Assembly (NCBI GenBank): GCA_000996085.1 | Contig: LBYG01000008.1 | Span: forward strand, 1 to 49,050 | DNA from: Parcubacteria group bacterium GW2011_GWB1_40_14 | GTDB lineage: Bacteria; Patescibacteriota; Minisyncoccia; Terrybacterales; GWB1-40-14 | Direction of reading: 5' to 3' | DNA length: 49,050 nucleotides | In this document: in pieces, positions 31,423 through 41,169 of the stretch | How positions within the stretch are numbered: the stretch's first letter is position 1 | Layout: each line of letters begins with the position of its first letter | Translations under genes and position numbers: made by a program | Notes under the pieces: model-generated | What the model saw: the letters and a program-made list of their open reading frames with translations, nothing else | Database searches by the model: none | What the model was told of the DNA's origin: nothing

Positions 31423-32109
31423 TTATTGCCACGCTTTTTCTTCTAATGCCCTCTGTGCGGCATTCCGCTGCGCTTCCTGTTTACTGGCGCCTTCGCCTTC
31501 GGCAATCAAATCTTCTCCCAAATAAACACCTATACGAAAATGCTTATCATGGTCAGGACCCCATTGCGCAAGAACTTCATAGCTTGGTGTAACTCCTTCT
31601 TTATCCTGAGCGATCTCCTGAAACAAACTTTTAGAATCCTGAAATAATTTGTCCTCTATTATTATAGGAAGCTTGGGAAGAATAAACTGAGAAATAAATT
31701 TTCTTGCGCTTTCAATACCTTGATCCAAATAAATTGCCCCGATTATTGCCTCAAGAGCATTGGCCAGTATAACTTGCCTGGCTCTGCCGGTATCCTTGGT
31801 CTCACCTCGCGACAATAATAAATGTTCGTTAACATCAATTTCTGTGGCAATTCTGCTTAACATCTGACTATTGACCAGACTTGCGCGCCACGCGGTAAGA
31901 TCTCCTTCAGGATTTTTAAAATTGTTAAATAAATACTCGGTCACTACTATTTCTAAAACAGCGTCTCCCAAAAATTCGAGACGCTCATTGTGTCCCAGCT
32001 TCCGATCAGTATGCTCATTGCTGTATGAACGATGGGTTAGAGCTTCAAGAAGAAAATCTTTATTTATAAAAGTTATACCTATCTTTTTCTCTAAAGATGA
32101 CAGATCCAT
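31423..32109 (-). CDS. rnc: Ribonuclease III
   Basis: ALTHRS, NERLEFLGDAVL, C-terminal dsRBD. Confidence 0.97.
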   Translation of the reverse strand: MDLSSLEKKIGITFINKDFLLEALTHRSYSNEHTDRKLGHNERLEFLGDAVLEIVVTEYLFNNFKNPEGDLTAWRASLVNSQMLSRIATEIDVNEHLLLSRGETKDTGRARQVILANALEAIIGAIYLDQGIESARKFISQFILPKLPIIIEDKLFQDSKSLFQEIAQDKEGVTPSYEVLAQWGPDHDKHFRIGVYLGEDLIAEGEGASKQEAQRNAAQRALEEKAWQ

Positions 32110-32231
32110 TAAAAAATAAAAAATCAAAAAGCAAAATGAAAAATGACAAATCAAAATCTAAAAATAAATGGTTTTGGTTATTTTTAAATTTTAATATGTG
32201 ATTTTAATATTTGATATTTAATTTTTGATAT
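32110..32231. repeat. Degenerate heptamer-repeat hairpin; family also at 18262-18385, 23588-23617, 38331-38437, 41020-41136
   Basis: About 7-nt periodic aaaatca-like units followed by complementary tttgata-like units. Confidence 0.7.
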
Positions 32232-33109
32232 TAAGATAATATTTCTCTCGTCTTCTCAAGTATACCGTCAAGATCATGATAATAATCTCCCGGAGCGGGA
32301 TCTTTAATAGAAACCCATCGCGTTTCAACTATCTTACTGTTTTCTGAGGGTTCTATTTTATCGGTTTTAGTTTCAACGATAAAATAAGTTATTTTCCTCT
32401 TGCTTTTTCCTTTAGAGGTGCTTTTTGAAACGTATTCAATGTCGCCTACGGCTTCGCCCACGGTTATATCAGTTATACCTATTTCTTTTTTAAGTTCTCT
32501 TTTTAATGCGGTAGCAGAATTTTTGTCCTTCAGAGTTAAATGACCTTTGGGAAAAACCCAAAAACCATATTTATCTTTAAGCCACAAAACTTTTATATCT
32601 TTATCATTATGATTTATTACTGCGGCGCCAACCAACAATTCTTCCGGCAGATCTTCATCAGGTTTCGTCTTGATGTGATCCTTCATTGGCTCGCCTATCT
32701 CGCGATAAATTGTTCCCAAAACGCCGTTAATAAATTTACCCGAGGTTTCTCCTCCAAAAGATTTGGCCAATTCTATGCTTTCATTTATTGCGACTTTTGG
32801 CGGAACAGCATTTCGATCTCCGAACAAAAGCTCGTAAATCCCTACGCGAAGAACGTTCCGGTCTACCATGGCTATCTGTTCAAGCGGCCACTCCGGAGCC
32901 GCTTTTTCGATTATGGTATCTATTTCTTTCTTCTTATCCAAAACTCCGTTAACAAGCATTTTTACAAATCCCTCTTCTTCAAGTCCCGGACCAAACTCTG
33001 TGATCACGTACTCAACAGCTGCATCAATTTTTTCATTATTACAGCCGTTAAAATCCCACTTATAGAGGGCTTGCATCGCTAAAGATCGCGCTAGATGACG
33101 ATTGGCCAT
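32231..33109 (-). CDS. nusB: Transcription antitermination factor NusB fused to a C-terminal NUDIX-like domain
   Basis: RHLARSLAMQALY, VDRNVLR, AINESIELAKSFG, FINGVLG; then WVFPKGH...LKRELKKEIG. Confidence 0.93.
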   Translation of the reverse strand: MANRHLARSLAMQALYKWDFNGCNNEKIDAAVEYVITEFGPGLEEEGFVKMLVNGVLDKKKEIDTIIEKAAPEWPLEQIAMVDRNVLRVGIYELLFGDRNAVPPKVAINESIELAKSFGGETSGKFINGVLGTIYREIGEPMKDHIKTKPDEDLPEELLVGAAVINHNDKDIKVLWLKDKYGFWVFPKGHLTLKDKNSATALKRELKKEIGITDITVGEAVGDIEYVSKSTSKGKSKRKITYFIVETKTDKIEPSENSKIVETRWVSIKDPAPGDYYHDLDGILEKTREILS

Positions 33110-33219
33110 GCCGTTGTTGCTCCTGACCCATTCGACAAGCTCAGGGTCATCCTTACGGATGAGCTCTCAAAGAAGAGCGACCTGTGGTGAGCCCGTCGAA
33201 CCAAGTCGAAGGATTTCAT
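33107..33219. mobile_element. Composite REP insert at the nusB start codon (sister at rpmF start, 33487-33560)
   Basis: Both read cat-gcc(g/a)ttgttgc...aagtcgaaggattt-cat. Confidence 0.7.
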
Positions 33220-33234
33220 TATCAAAAATAAAAA

Positions 33235-33489
33235 TTAGGCACCGGTCTTACCCATAGCCTGAGCTACTTTAGCTTCCCTATCCTGACGTTTTTTATCTCT
33301 TTTAGTTTTTTTAGCTAAAGGATTAAAAACTTCTCGAGAGCCGTAAAAGCCGCAACTCATACAAACTCTGTGAGGTAATATCATTTTACCACAATGAGAA
33401 CATTGGACTAAATTTGACGGAGTTAAGGCGTGATGGCTTCGACGTCGATTTCGCCTACCGCTTGTGTGTCTTTGTTTTGGTACTGGCAT
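33235..33489 (-). CDS. rpmF: 50S ribosomal protein L32 (Zn-ribbon type, C-terminal extension)
   Basis: MPVPKQRHTSGRRNRRRSH, CSHC...HRVCMSCGFY. Confidence 0.95.
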   Translation of the reverse strand: MPVPKQRHTSGRRNRRRSHHALTPSNLVQCSHCGKMILPHRVCMSCGFYGSREVFNPLAKKTKRDKKRQDREAKVAQAMGKTGA

Positions 33490-33740
33490 GCCATTGTTGC
33501 CTGCGAACATCGCGAGCGACTGCAACAATGTGCATCCTGAGCGAAGTCGAAGGATTTCATTATTATTTAACTTTACTACATTAACCAATTTAACTGATTT
33601 TTGCAATCCCGTTAGAAGTAGCCTCGCCAAGGTTCTTTAAGAACTCGGACCCGTTGGGTACAAGCGAGACTTCTACCGGGATGCAACTATTTAATTATTA
33701 AATAAAAAAGTCCTTTATTTAAGGACTTTTAAAAATTTGG

Positions 33741-34121
33741 TTAGCGGGCAGTTAGTCTCCTAAAGGTTTGCAGTATATAAAGCGTCTGATCAGCGTCCTG
33801 TGGCCAGGAAACGTCTGTTTTCGGCAACGCGGGTGGTGTTTCTTCGGCAACCGATACACGCACGGCATTAATAAGCTCATCCAAATACTTGTTCTTGTCG
33901 GCATAAATTACATCCGTCCAACTATCTTTAGATATGATAAGAGAAGGAGTTTCACTGATTTCTATATAAATGAATAATTCGCCCACGGGTGTAGCTAGAC
34001 GGGTAACATAAAACTGAGGAGAAGAATTAAGAGCGCACCAATGCAAAAATCCTCGTTGAGTAAAAAGGGCCAAATTATCGATCACCAGTCTTTTGCTGTC
34101 GTGGCAAACACGGTGTCCCAT
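33741..34121 (-). CDS. Hypothetical protein
   Basis: SD TAAGGAGG, upstream TTGACT promoter, terminator 33706-33732. Confidence 0.7.
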   Translation of the reverse strand: MGHRVCHDSKRLVIDNLALFTQRGFLHWCALNSSPQFYVTRLATPVGELFIYIEISETPSLIISKDSWTDVIYADKNKYLDELINAVRVSVAEETPPALPKTDVSWPQDADQTLYILQTFRRLTAR

Positions 34122-34229
34122 ATCTTCCTCCTTACTGCTTTAAAAGAACTTTTATTAATATACTATTCTGTACACAATATGCTTTCTAAAGTCAACGTGA
34201 TTTTTAAAATTAAAGTTACAGTTATTAAA

Positions 34230-34829
34230 TTATTTAATAAAACTTTTGCGGTGAATTCTTAATAAACCAAATTTTTTAATCGCAGAATAATGAGCCCGCG
34301 TTCCGTATCCTTTATGCCTGTCAAAACCATATTTTGGCCACATTAAAGAATATTTAACCATCAAACGATCTCGGGTCACTTTAGCCATTATTGAGGCCGC
34401 AGATATTATAGGTATCTTCTCATCTCCCTTTATCACTGTTTTTTGATTAAAATTATCCGGTGCGTATAAAGAGCCGTCCAAATATATCATTTCAAATTTA
34501 ATTTGAACGTGTTTTTTATATTTATTCGTTAATCTTTTTATAGCTAAGGCCACAGCTAACCTTGCGGCCACAGCAATACCTCTTTTATCTATAATTTTTT
34601 GATCAACTGAAGCGGTTGCCCACGTAAATGATCCATTTTTTGCAAGGGTTAAATACCATTGTTCGCGTTGTTTCGCGGAAAGACGTTTAGAGTCACGAAT
34701 CCCTTTAAGCAGAGTTTTTTGATGGCCATAAATATTTGCGGGCATGCCAAAAGCAGCAACAGTAATAGGGCCGGCAAGAGGCCCTCTTCCAACCTCGTCA
34801 ATTCCAACGACAAACGACTTGGATTTCAT
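34230..34829 (-). CDS. rnhB: Ribonuclease HII
   Basis: GIDEVGRGPLAGP, DSK, KGD, AASIMAKVTRD, HKGYGT, HRKSF. Confidence 0.97.
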   Translation of the reverse strand: MKSKSFVVGIDEVGRGPLAGPITVAAFGMPANIYGHQKTLLKGIRDSKRLSAKQREQWYLTLAKNGSFTWATASVDQKIIDKRGIAVAARLAVALAIKRLTNKYKKHVQIKFEMIYLDGSLYAPDNFNQKTVIKGDEKIPIISAASIMAKVTRDRLMVKYSLMWPKYGFDRHKGYGTRAHYSAIKKFGLLRIHRKSFIK

Positions 34830-34860
34830 AAATTTATATTACCACACGCGTAAAAAATCA

Positions 34861-35000
34861 CGCGTTTGTATTTGTGAGCGGATTTTGAGACCGTTTTGGC
34901 ATGGTCTCAGCTCAATATTATGTAAGAGCTGAGCAAAACGGTCGAAACCTCGCAGGCCGTCGCTGGACGGCCGAGAATGAGTGAACAAATTACAAACGCG
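34861..35000. mobile_element. Multi-stem structured element, copy B
   Basis: Same junction motifs as 23882-24067, with compensatory stem changes. Confidence 0.7.
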
Positions 35001-35073
35001 AATTTCTGAACGCTTATCCACCGTTGCTCGCATAAATGCAAAAAGGTATCATGACAATAAGATACGAAAAAAT

Positions 35074-38000
35074 ATGCCTCAAAATAATTTTGTACATCTT
35101 CATACTCATTCTCATTATTCCCTACTGGATGGCTTGGCAAAAATAGATGCTTTGATAAAACGGGCAAAAGAATTAGGAATGAGCGCGCTCGCAATAACGG
35201 ATCATGGCGTTCTATATGGCGCCATTGAATTTTATAAAAAAGCCCGACAAGCCGGAATAAAACCTATAATCGGTGTAGAAATGTATGTTGCAGCACGAAC
35301 GATACAGGATCGCGATCCGAAGATAGACGCAAAAAGATACCACATAATTTTATTGGCAAAAAACGATGTCGGCTATAAAAATCTGATGCGCCTGGTAAGC
35401 AAAGCGCATATCGATGGATTTTATTACAAACCCAGAGTTGATAAAAATATTTTACGTGAGTTCAGTGAAGGCTTGATCGCTCTTTCGGGTTGTTTGGGTG
35501 GAGAAATACCGCGAGCTATACAGGCCGGAAATTTAAAACAGGCTGAAAATCTGATCGTTGAATACAAAGAAATTTTCGGAGAAGGAAATTTTTTTCTGGA
35601 ACTGGGCGCCCATCCAAATATTGAAGAACAACTGAAATTGAACAACGCCTTAAAAGAATTGGCCAGAAAATTTAATGTACCGGTCGTGGGCACACAAGAC
35701 ATACATTACATCAACAAAGACGATAAAGAAGCTCATGAAGTTTTGCTTTCTGTCCAAACCGCATCGCGTTTTGATGATGAAGGCCGCCTCTCTATGCAAC
35801 AGGACGATTTTTCGATGAAATCTCCCGATGAGATGATAGAATTTTTCAAAGATACGCCCGAGGCAATTGAAAATACTTTGAAGATCGCCGATATGGTAAA
35901 TCTTGAAATTCCGCTTTACAAGATACAATTGCCTGAATTTCCTTTACCGGAAAATATTGATGCAAATAATTTTTTAAGAAATCTTTGTTATGAAGGTTTA
36001 ACCAAAAGATACGAAATTAAAGTCAGTTCAACGGGAGCTTTAACTGCTGACACGGAAAAAATAACCCAACTGCCCGCTTCCTTAGAGGAGCTTAAAAAAC
36101 GTCTGGAATACGAATTGTCGGTTATTGAAAAAACAGGATTTGCCTCATATTTTTTGATAGTCCAGGATATAGTTAACTGGGCCAAGAGCCAGAATATAGT
36201 AGTGGGACCGGGCAGAGGAAGTGCGGCCGGCTCTTTGGTGTCTTTCTTATTGAACATAACCAATATCGACCCCTTAAAATTCGGCTTAATGTTTGAACGT
36301 TTTCTTAATCCCGACCGTATTTCAATGCCGGATATCGATCTTGATTTTGCCGATACTCGTAGAGATGAAGTGCTTGTTTATACCGCAGAAAGATATGGAC
36401 GCGACAAAGTAGCACAAATAATAACTTTTGGAACGATGGCTGCCCGAGGCGTTATTCGTGATGCCGGAAGATCTTTAGGATATCCATATGCAACCTGCGA
36501 CCGTCTGGCAAAAATGATACCTTTTGGTATGAGCCTTGAAGAAGCTTTAGCCAACTCCAAAGAACTTTCAGAAGACTACGAAAGCAATTCCGATACCCAA
36601 AGATTACTTGATTCAGCAAAAAAATTGGAAGGTGTTGCGCGTCACGCCTCAACGCATGCCTGCGGTGTGGTTATAACTCCTGACCCTCTTCCAAACCATA
36701 TCCCCCTCCAACGCTCATCCCAAGACGACGGCTCAATAATCACACAATACGAAATGCATGCGATTGAAGACTTGGGCCTTTTGAAAATGGATTTTCTTGG
36801 GCTCAGCAATCTATCCATCATTGAAGATACCGTAAACAGAATAAAAAACGCCCGAGGCGAAACTATAGACATAGAAAATTTACCGTTGGACGATCCTAAA
36901 GTTTTTGAACTGCTCGCCCGCGGAGACACTACGGGAGTTTTCCAATTGGAATCAGGCGGCATGAAAAGATACCTCAAAGAACTTAAGCCATCTATATTTG
37001 AAGATATTATCGCCATGGTTTCACTTTACCGTCCCGGTCCGATGGAACTTATACCAGAATATATCGCCCGCAAACACGGCCGAAAGCCCGTCACTTACAT
37101 GCACGAAAAACTCGTGCCCATTCTTGAAAAAACATACGGTGTTGCGATATATCAGGAACAGGTAATGGAAATTGCTCGTTCTTTGGCAGGATTCACCTTA
37201 TCTGAAGCCGACACCCTAAGAAAAGCTGTAGGCAAAAAAATTAAAAGTCTTCTTGATGAACAAAGAGAAAAACTTATCAACGGCATGTTGCGCCAGGGCC
37301 TTCCCGGTCATACCGCTCAGGCAATTTGGGAATGGATAGAACCCTTTGCCCGATATGGGTTTAATCGCTCGCATGCTACGGGTTATGCGCAAATTGCGTA
37401 TCAAACAGCTTACCTCAAAGCATATTTCCCGCACGAATTCATGGCCGCGCTTTTTACGGCAGAAGAAAAAAATATGGAAAGAATAGCGGTGCTCGTTGGA
37501 GAATGCCGCCTGAAAGGAATAAAAATACTTCCTCCAAATATAAATATAAGCGGCACAACTTTCACGGTGGAGTATGGAGACTTAGACGGTTCAATTCTGG
37601 CGTTAGCCATACGCTTTGGCTTGAGCGCGATAAAAAATGTAGGCGAAAATGTTGTTGAATATATTATCCAAGAGAGAGATAAAAGCAGACCGTTCACGTC
37701 TATAGAAAATTTTACAGAAAGATTATCCTCCCGTTATCTCAATAAAAAATCTTTGGAAAGCATGATACGCTCAGGCGCCTTAGACAATCTGGACGAACGC
37801 GCAAAATTACTGGCAAATACTGAAGAGATCCTGGCGTGGTCTCACAATATAGAAACCAACAAAAAATTTGGACAGGAATCTCTTTTTGCCGGAACTTCTT
37901 TACTGCCGGCACTTAAACTTAAAGATTCTGCTCCCGCAACAAAGGATATTCGCCTGCGTTGGGAAAAAGAATTATTAGGGCTTTGGATCTCCGACCATCC

Positions 38001-38334
38001 TCTAAGCGACTACAGCAAAGCGTTGGCAAAAATATCTTTACCAATAAAAAATATCGCCTCTTTTGGTACGGGCAAACGCATAAAAGTAGGCGGAATAATA
38101 AGTAAAATACAAAAAATTGTCACGAAAAAGGGCGACCCTATGATATTTGTAAATTTGGAAGATGAAACGCATAATATAGAAGTAGTTGTTTTTCCAAGCA
38201 CTCTTGAGCAATATGGCGTTGTCTTTCACGAAAATGCTATAGTAGCTATTGAGGGAAAACTTAATGAACGGGATGGAGAATTGAAGCTTATATGTGATAG
38301 AGCGGAAGAATTGCTGCCAGAGAACACGACCTAA
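35074..38334 (+). CDS. dnaE: DNA polymerase III alpha subunit
   Basis: PHP HLHTHSHYSLLDG, GPGRGSAAGS, PDIDLDF, C-terminal OB fold. Confidence 0.98.
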   Translation: MPQNNFVHLHTHSHYSLLDGLAKIDALIKRAKELGMSALAITDHGVLYGAIEFYKKARQAGIKPIIGVEMYVAARTIQDRDPKIDAKRYHIILLAKNDVGYKNLMRLVSKAHIDGFYYKPRVDKNILREFSEGLIALSGCLGGEIPRAIQAGNLKQAENLIVEYKEIFGEGNFFLELGAHPNIEEQLKLNNALKELARKFNVPVVGTQDIHYINKDDKEAHEVLLSVQTASRFDDEGRLSMQQDDFSMKSPDEMIEFFKDTPEAIENTLKIADMVNLEIPLYKIQLPEFPLPENIDANNFLRNLCYEGLTKRYEIKVSSTGALTADTEKITQLPASLEELKKRLEYELSVIEKTGFASYFLIVQDIVNWAKSQNIVVGPGRGSAAGSLVSFLLNITNIDPLKFGLMFERFLNPDRISMPDIDLDFADTRRDEVLVYTAERYGRDKVAQIITFGTMAARGVIRDAGRSLGYPYATCDRLAKMIPFGMSLEEALANSKELSEDYESNSDTQRLLDSAKKLEGVARHASTHACGVVITPDPLPNHIPLQRSSQDDGSIITQYEMHAIEDLGLLKMDFLGLSNLSIIEDTVNRIKNARGETIDIENLPLDDPKVFELLARGDTTGVFQLESGGMKRYLKELKPSIFEDIIAMVSLYRPGPMELIPEYIARKHGRKPVTYMHEKLVPILEKTYGVAIYQEQVMEIARSLAGFTLSEADTLRKAVGKKIKSLLDEQREKLINGMLRQGLPGHTAQAIWEWIEPFARYGFNRSHATGYAQIAYQTAYLKAYFPHEFMAALFTAEEKNMERIAVLVGECRLKGIKILPPNINISGTTFTVEYGDLDGSILALAIRFGLSAIKNVGENVVEYIIQERDKSRPFTSIENFTERLSSRYLNKKSLESMIRSGALDNLDERAKLLANTEEILAWSHNIETNKKFGQESLFAGTSLLPALKLKDSAPATKDIRLRWEKELLGLWISDHPLSDYSKALAKISLPIKNIASFGTGKRIKVGGIISKIQKIVTKKGDPMIFVNLEDETHNIEVVVFPSTLEQYGVVFHENAIVAIEGKLNERDGELKLICDRAEELLPENTT

Positions 38335-38465
38335 GAAACAATCACCAAGATACAAAAGACAGACAAGCTCCAATAATCAATTTTCAAAATTTCAAACCCG
38401 CTTTGGTTATTGTGTCTTGTTTCTTGTATCTTAAATTTATAATCTAATCTCAATATAAATAACGT

Positions 38466-40226
38466 ATGCCCCGAGCTAAAAAAACAGAAAAGCATAACGA
38501 TATTGATATAATGCGCCATTCAACAGCGCATATTTTGGCTCACGCGGCTAAAAATATATGGCCGGGTACAAAATTGGGCATCGGACCGGTCATTGAAAAC
38601 GGCTTTTATTACGATATTGAAACCAAGTCCCCGGTCACCGATAATAATCTCCCCAAACTTGAGGAAGAAATGCGGCGTATAATCAAACAAAACCTTTCGT
38701 TCAAAAAATCCTGGATGACAACCAAAGAAGCAATAAAATTTTTCCAGAAAAAAAATGAAACTTATAAAGTGGACCTAATAAAAGATCTGGCAAAGCAAAA
38801 AGAAAAGAAGGTCAGTCTTTATTCGACCGGCAAAGATTTTGTTGATCTATGCACGGGCCCACACGTTGAGAACACAAAAAATGTCCCAATTGATGGATTT
38901 TCTTTAACACAAGTTACCCGTGCTTACTGGAGAGGCGACGAAAAAAATGCTCAACTGACAAGAATTTACGGTTTAGCATTTAAAACAAGGAAAGAACTGC
39001 AAGCCCATCTGGAATTAATGAAAGAAATGGAAAAAAGAGATCACAGAAAAATAGGAACGGCTTTGGATCTTTTTTCTTTCCACGATGTTGCTCCCGGAGC
39101 GGCATTTTGGCATCCCAGGGGCATGATCGTAGTTAAGGAACTTGAGAAATACTGGCGGGCGATACATGATAATGCGGGCTACCAGGAAATATCTACACCT
39201 ATCATGGTAAAAACAAAAGTTTTTGAAAAGTCAGGGCACTGGAAATACTACAAGGAAAACATATTCTACTTTGATGTAGAAAATGAAGTTTTTGCCTTAA
39301 AACCAATGAACTGCCCGGAATCAACTTATGTATATAACTCAAATATCCGCTCGTTCCGGGACCTTCCTTTACGGCTTTCAGAAATAGGTCGCCTACATCG
39401 AAACGAATTGTCCGGAACATTGGGCGGTCTTTTCCGCGTAAGACAGCTCACTATGGATGACGACCACACCTTTCTTCGCGAAGACCAGGTACAGGAAGAA
39501 ATTGAAAAAATAATCGCTCTAGTTGAAAAATTCTATTCGCTGTTTAATCTTACTCCTCGATTCTTTTTATCCACAAAACCAGATAAGGCACAAGGTACGC
39601 CCAAACAATGGAAAAACGCTGAACTTGCCCTAGCCGCAGCATTAAAATCTCAAAAACGTCACTTTGAAATCAAAGCCAAAGACGGCGCTTTCTACGGGCC
39701 CAAGATAGATATCCATATTTCGGATGCATTAGGACGGGATTGGCAGCTTGCAACCATACAACTTGACCTCGTGATGCTCCCGGAACAATTTGACCTTCAC
39801 TATATAGATGCAAAAGGAAAAAAAGTGCGCCCGATGGTGATACACCGGGCTATATTTGGTTCATTTGAAAGATTTATCGGCGTATTACTTGAACATACCG
39901 CCGGAAATCTTCCGGTCTGGTTGTCTCCAAATCAGGTACGCATACTTCCTGTAGCTGAGAGACATGCATCATACGGCTCAAGCATAATCAAAATGCTCCG
40001 GGAAAAAGGTTTAAGGGCTGATATGGCCGAACCCAACCAGACTCTCGGCAAAAATATACGCGAAGCGGAAATTACTAAAACTCCTTTCTTGCTAATAATT
40101 GGAGACCGTGAAGTAACCAGTAAAATGGTAAGCGTGCGAGAACGCGGCAAAGGAGACAAGGGCGCAATGACACCGGAAGAATTCATAGAAATGATAAAAA
40201 ACGCGATACCGCAAGAGCTTCGCTAG
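38466..40226 (+). CDS. thrS: Threonine-tRNA ligase
   Basis: RHSTAH, DLCTGPH, RDHRKIG, KPMNCP, GAFYGPKID, HRAIFGSFERF. Confidence 0.98.
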   Translation: MPRAKKTEKHNDIDIMRHSTAHILAHAAKNIWPGTKLGIGPVIENGFYYDIETKSPVTDNNLPKLEEEMRRIIKQNLSFKKSWMTTKEAIKFFQKKNETYKVDLIKDLAKQKEKKVSLYSTGKDFVDLCTGPHVENTKNVPIDGFSLTQVTRAYWRGDEKNAQLTRIYGLAFKTRKELQAHLELMKEMEKRDHRKIGTALDLFSFHDVAPGAAFWHPRGMIVVKELEKYWRAIHDNAGYQEISTPIMVKTKVFEKSGHWKYYKENIFYFDVENEVFALKPMNCPESTYVYNSNIRSFRDLPLRLSEIGRLHRNELSGTLGGLFRVRQLTMDDDHTFLREDQVQEEIEKIIALVEKFYSLFNLTPRFFLSTKPDKAQGTPKQWKNAELALAAALKSQKRHFEIKAKDGAFYGPKIDIHISDALGRDWQLATIQLDLVMLPEQFDLHYIDAKGKKVRPMVIHRAIFGSFERFIGVLLEHTAGNLPVWLSPNQVRILPVAERHASYGSSIIKMLREKGLRADMAEPNQTLGKNIREAEITKTPFLLIIGDREVTSKMVSVRERGKGDKGAMTPEEFIEMIKNAIPQELR

Positions 40227-40318
40227 CGTATAGCGGTTAGCGTACAGCGTTTAGACTAAAAAACTCCGTCCTGAGCGAAGTCAAAGGGCGGAGTTTTTGT
40301 TCACAAATTATCTATAAT

Positions 40319-40843
40319 TTATCCAAGCAAATTACCTAAAATTTCTTTTACCCTTCCCTTATTCGCTTTAGCTTGCCGCTCTTCTGTTTCTCTTCTCTGT
40401 TGTTCTTCAACTTCTGTTCTTGCTTTATTTAAAAGATAATCGCCCTGCAACTCCGCGGCTGGTAAGTATTTTTCAAAAAGTTTTTCGGCATCTTTTCCTT
40501 CAACAGAAAGATCATCAACCGTACCTTCAAACCATACAGAATAATTCTTACCGCCACTATGCATCTCTCTTATCGCAATACGATGCCCGTCTATTGTTCC
40601 TTCAATAACATTTCTTTCATGACCACTAGTATGTGTAGTAAGTCTCACGTCAACGTTAGCTAAAGATTCTTGCGTCAGACCTTTTTTCTCTGCCCTCTTT
40701 AAAGCTTGTTCTCTATATTGTGCCGCCAACTTCTGTTCAGGAGTTTCTGGTTCCTGTGGTGGTTGCTGTTCAGATGTTTGTAATTGTTCAGGCTTTAAAC
40801 CCATCTCTTCAGGCGATGGACCGCCTTTTTCTGGATTTGGCAT
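40319..40843 (-). CDS. Hypothetical protein with low-complexity P/E/Q N-terminus
   Basis: 174-aa ORF; promoter TTGACC...TATGCT at about 40981-41008. Confidence 0.75.
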   Translation of the reverse strand: MPNPEKGGPSPEEMGLKPEQLQTSEQQPPQEPETPEQKLAAQYREQALKRAEKKGLTQESLANVDVRLTTHTSGHERNVIEGTIDGHRIAIREMHSGGKNYSVWFEGTVDDLSVEGKDAEKLFEKYLPAAELQGDYLLNKARTEVEEQQRRETEERQAKANKGRVKEILGNLLG

Positions 40844-41169
40844 AAATTTATAATTTAATTCTTTAAAAAAGTTGGCGTAAGACTGTGAGCGTCATTAAGG
40901 CTTTGAACCTCTTGCCGGAACGGCTTTCGGTGTGGAGAGATCCCTTGCAGACGCGAACGGTCTTGCGCCAACTTATCTTAAGCATACCGCCCCTCCCTAA
41001 AAGGTCAATCCACTTATAAATCCAAACGCTAAATCTCAAATATCAAATAAAATCTAAATATCAAAATTCCAAAATGCGTTTAATATTCTAGACTTTTAAA
41101 CTTGATTTGATCTTTGGATTTTGTTATTTGGATTTAAGTAGCGTTAAATGCTGCTATAATATCAAAATT

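Noticed and set aside
33490-33630. N-terminal extensions of rpmF (also dnaE, miaA, rnc, helicase) in the ORF track
   Set aside because: Upstream frames run through repeats or promoters; conserved starts lie downstream.
33631-33644. boxA-like GTTCTTTAA
   Set aside because: Part of a palindrome inside a MITE, upstream of the promoter rather than in a leader.
34887-34949. Hammerhead ribozyme (TGAG-stem-CGAAAC)
   Set aside because: The CUGAUGA core is absent (TTTTGA instead) and copy A is interrupted at GAAA.
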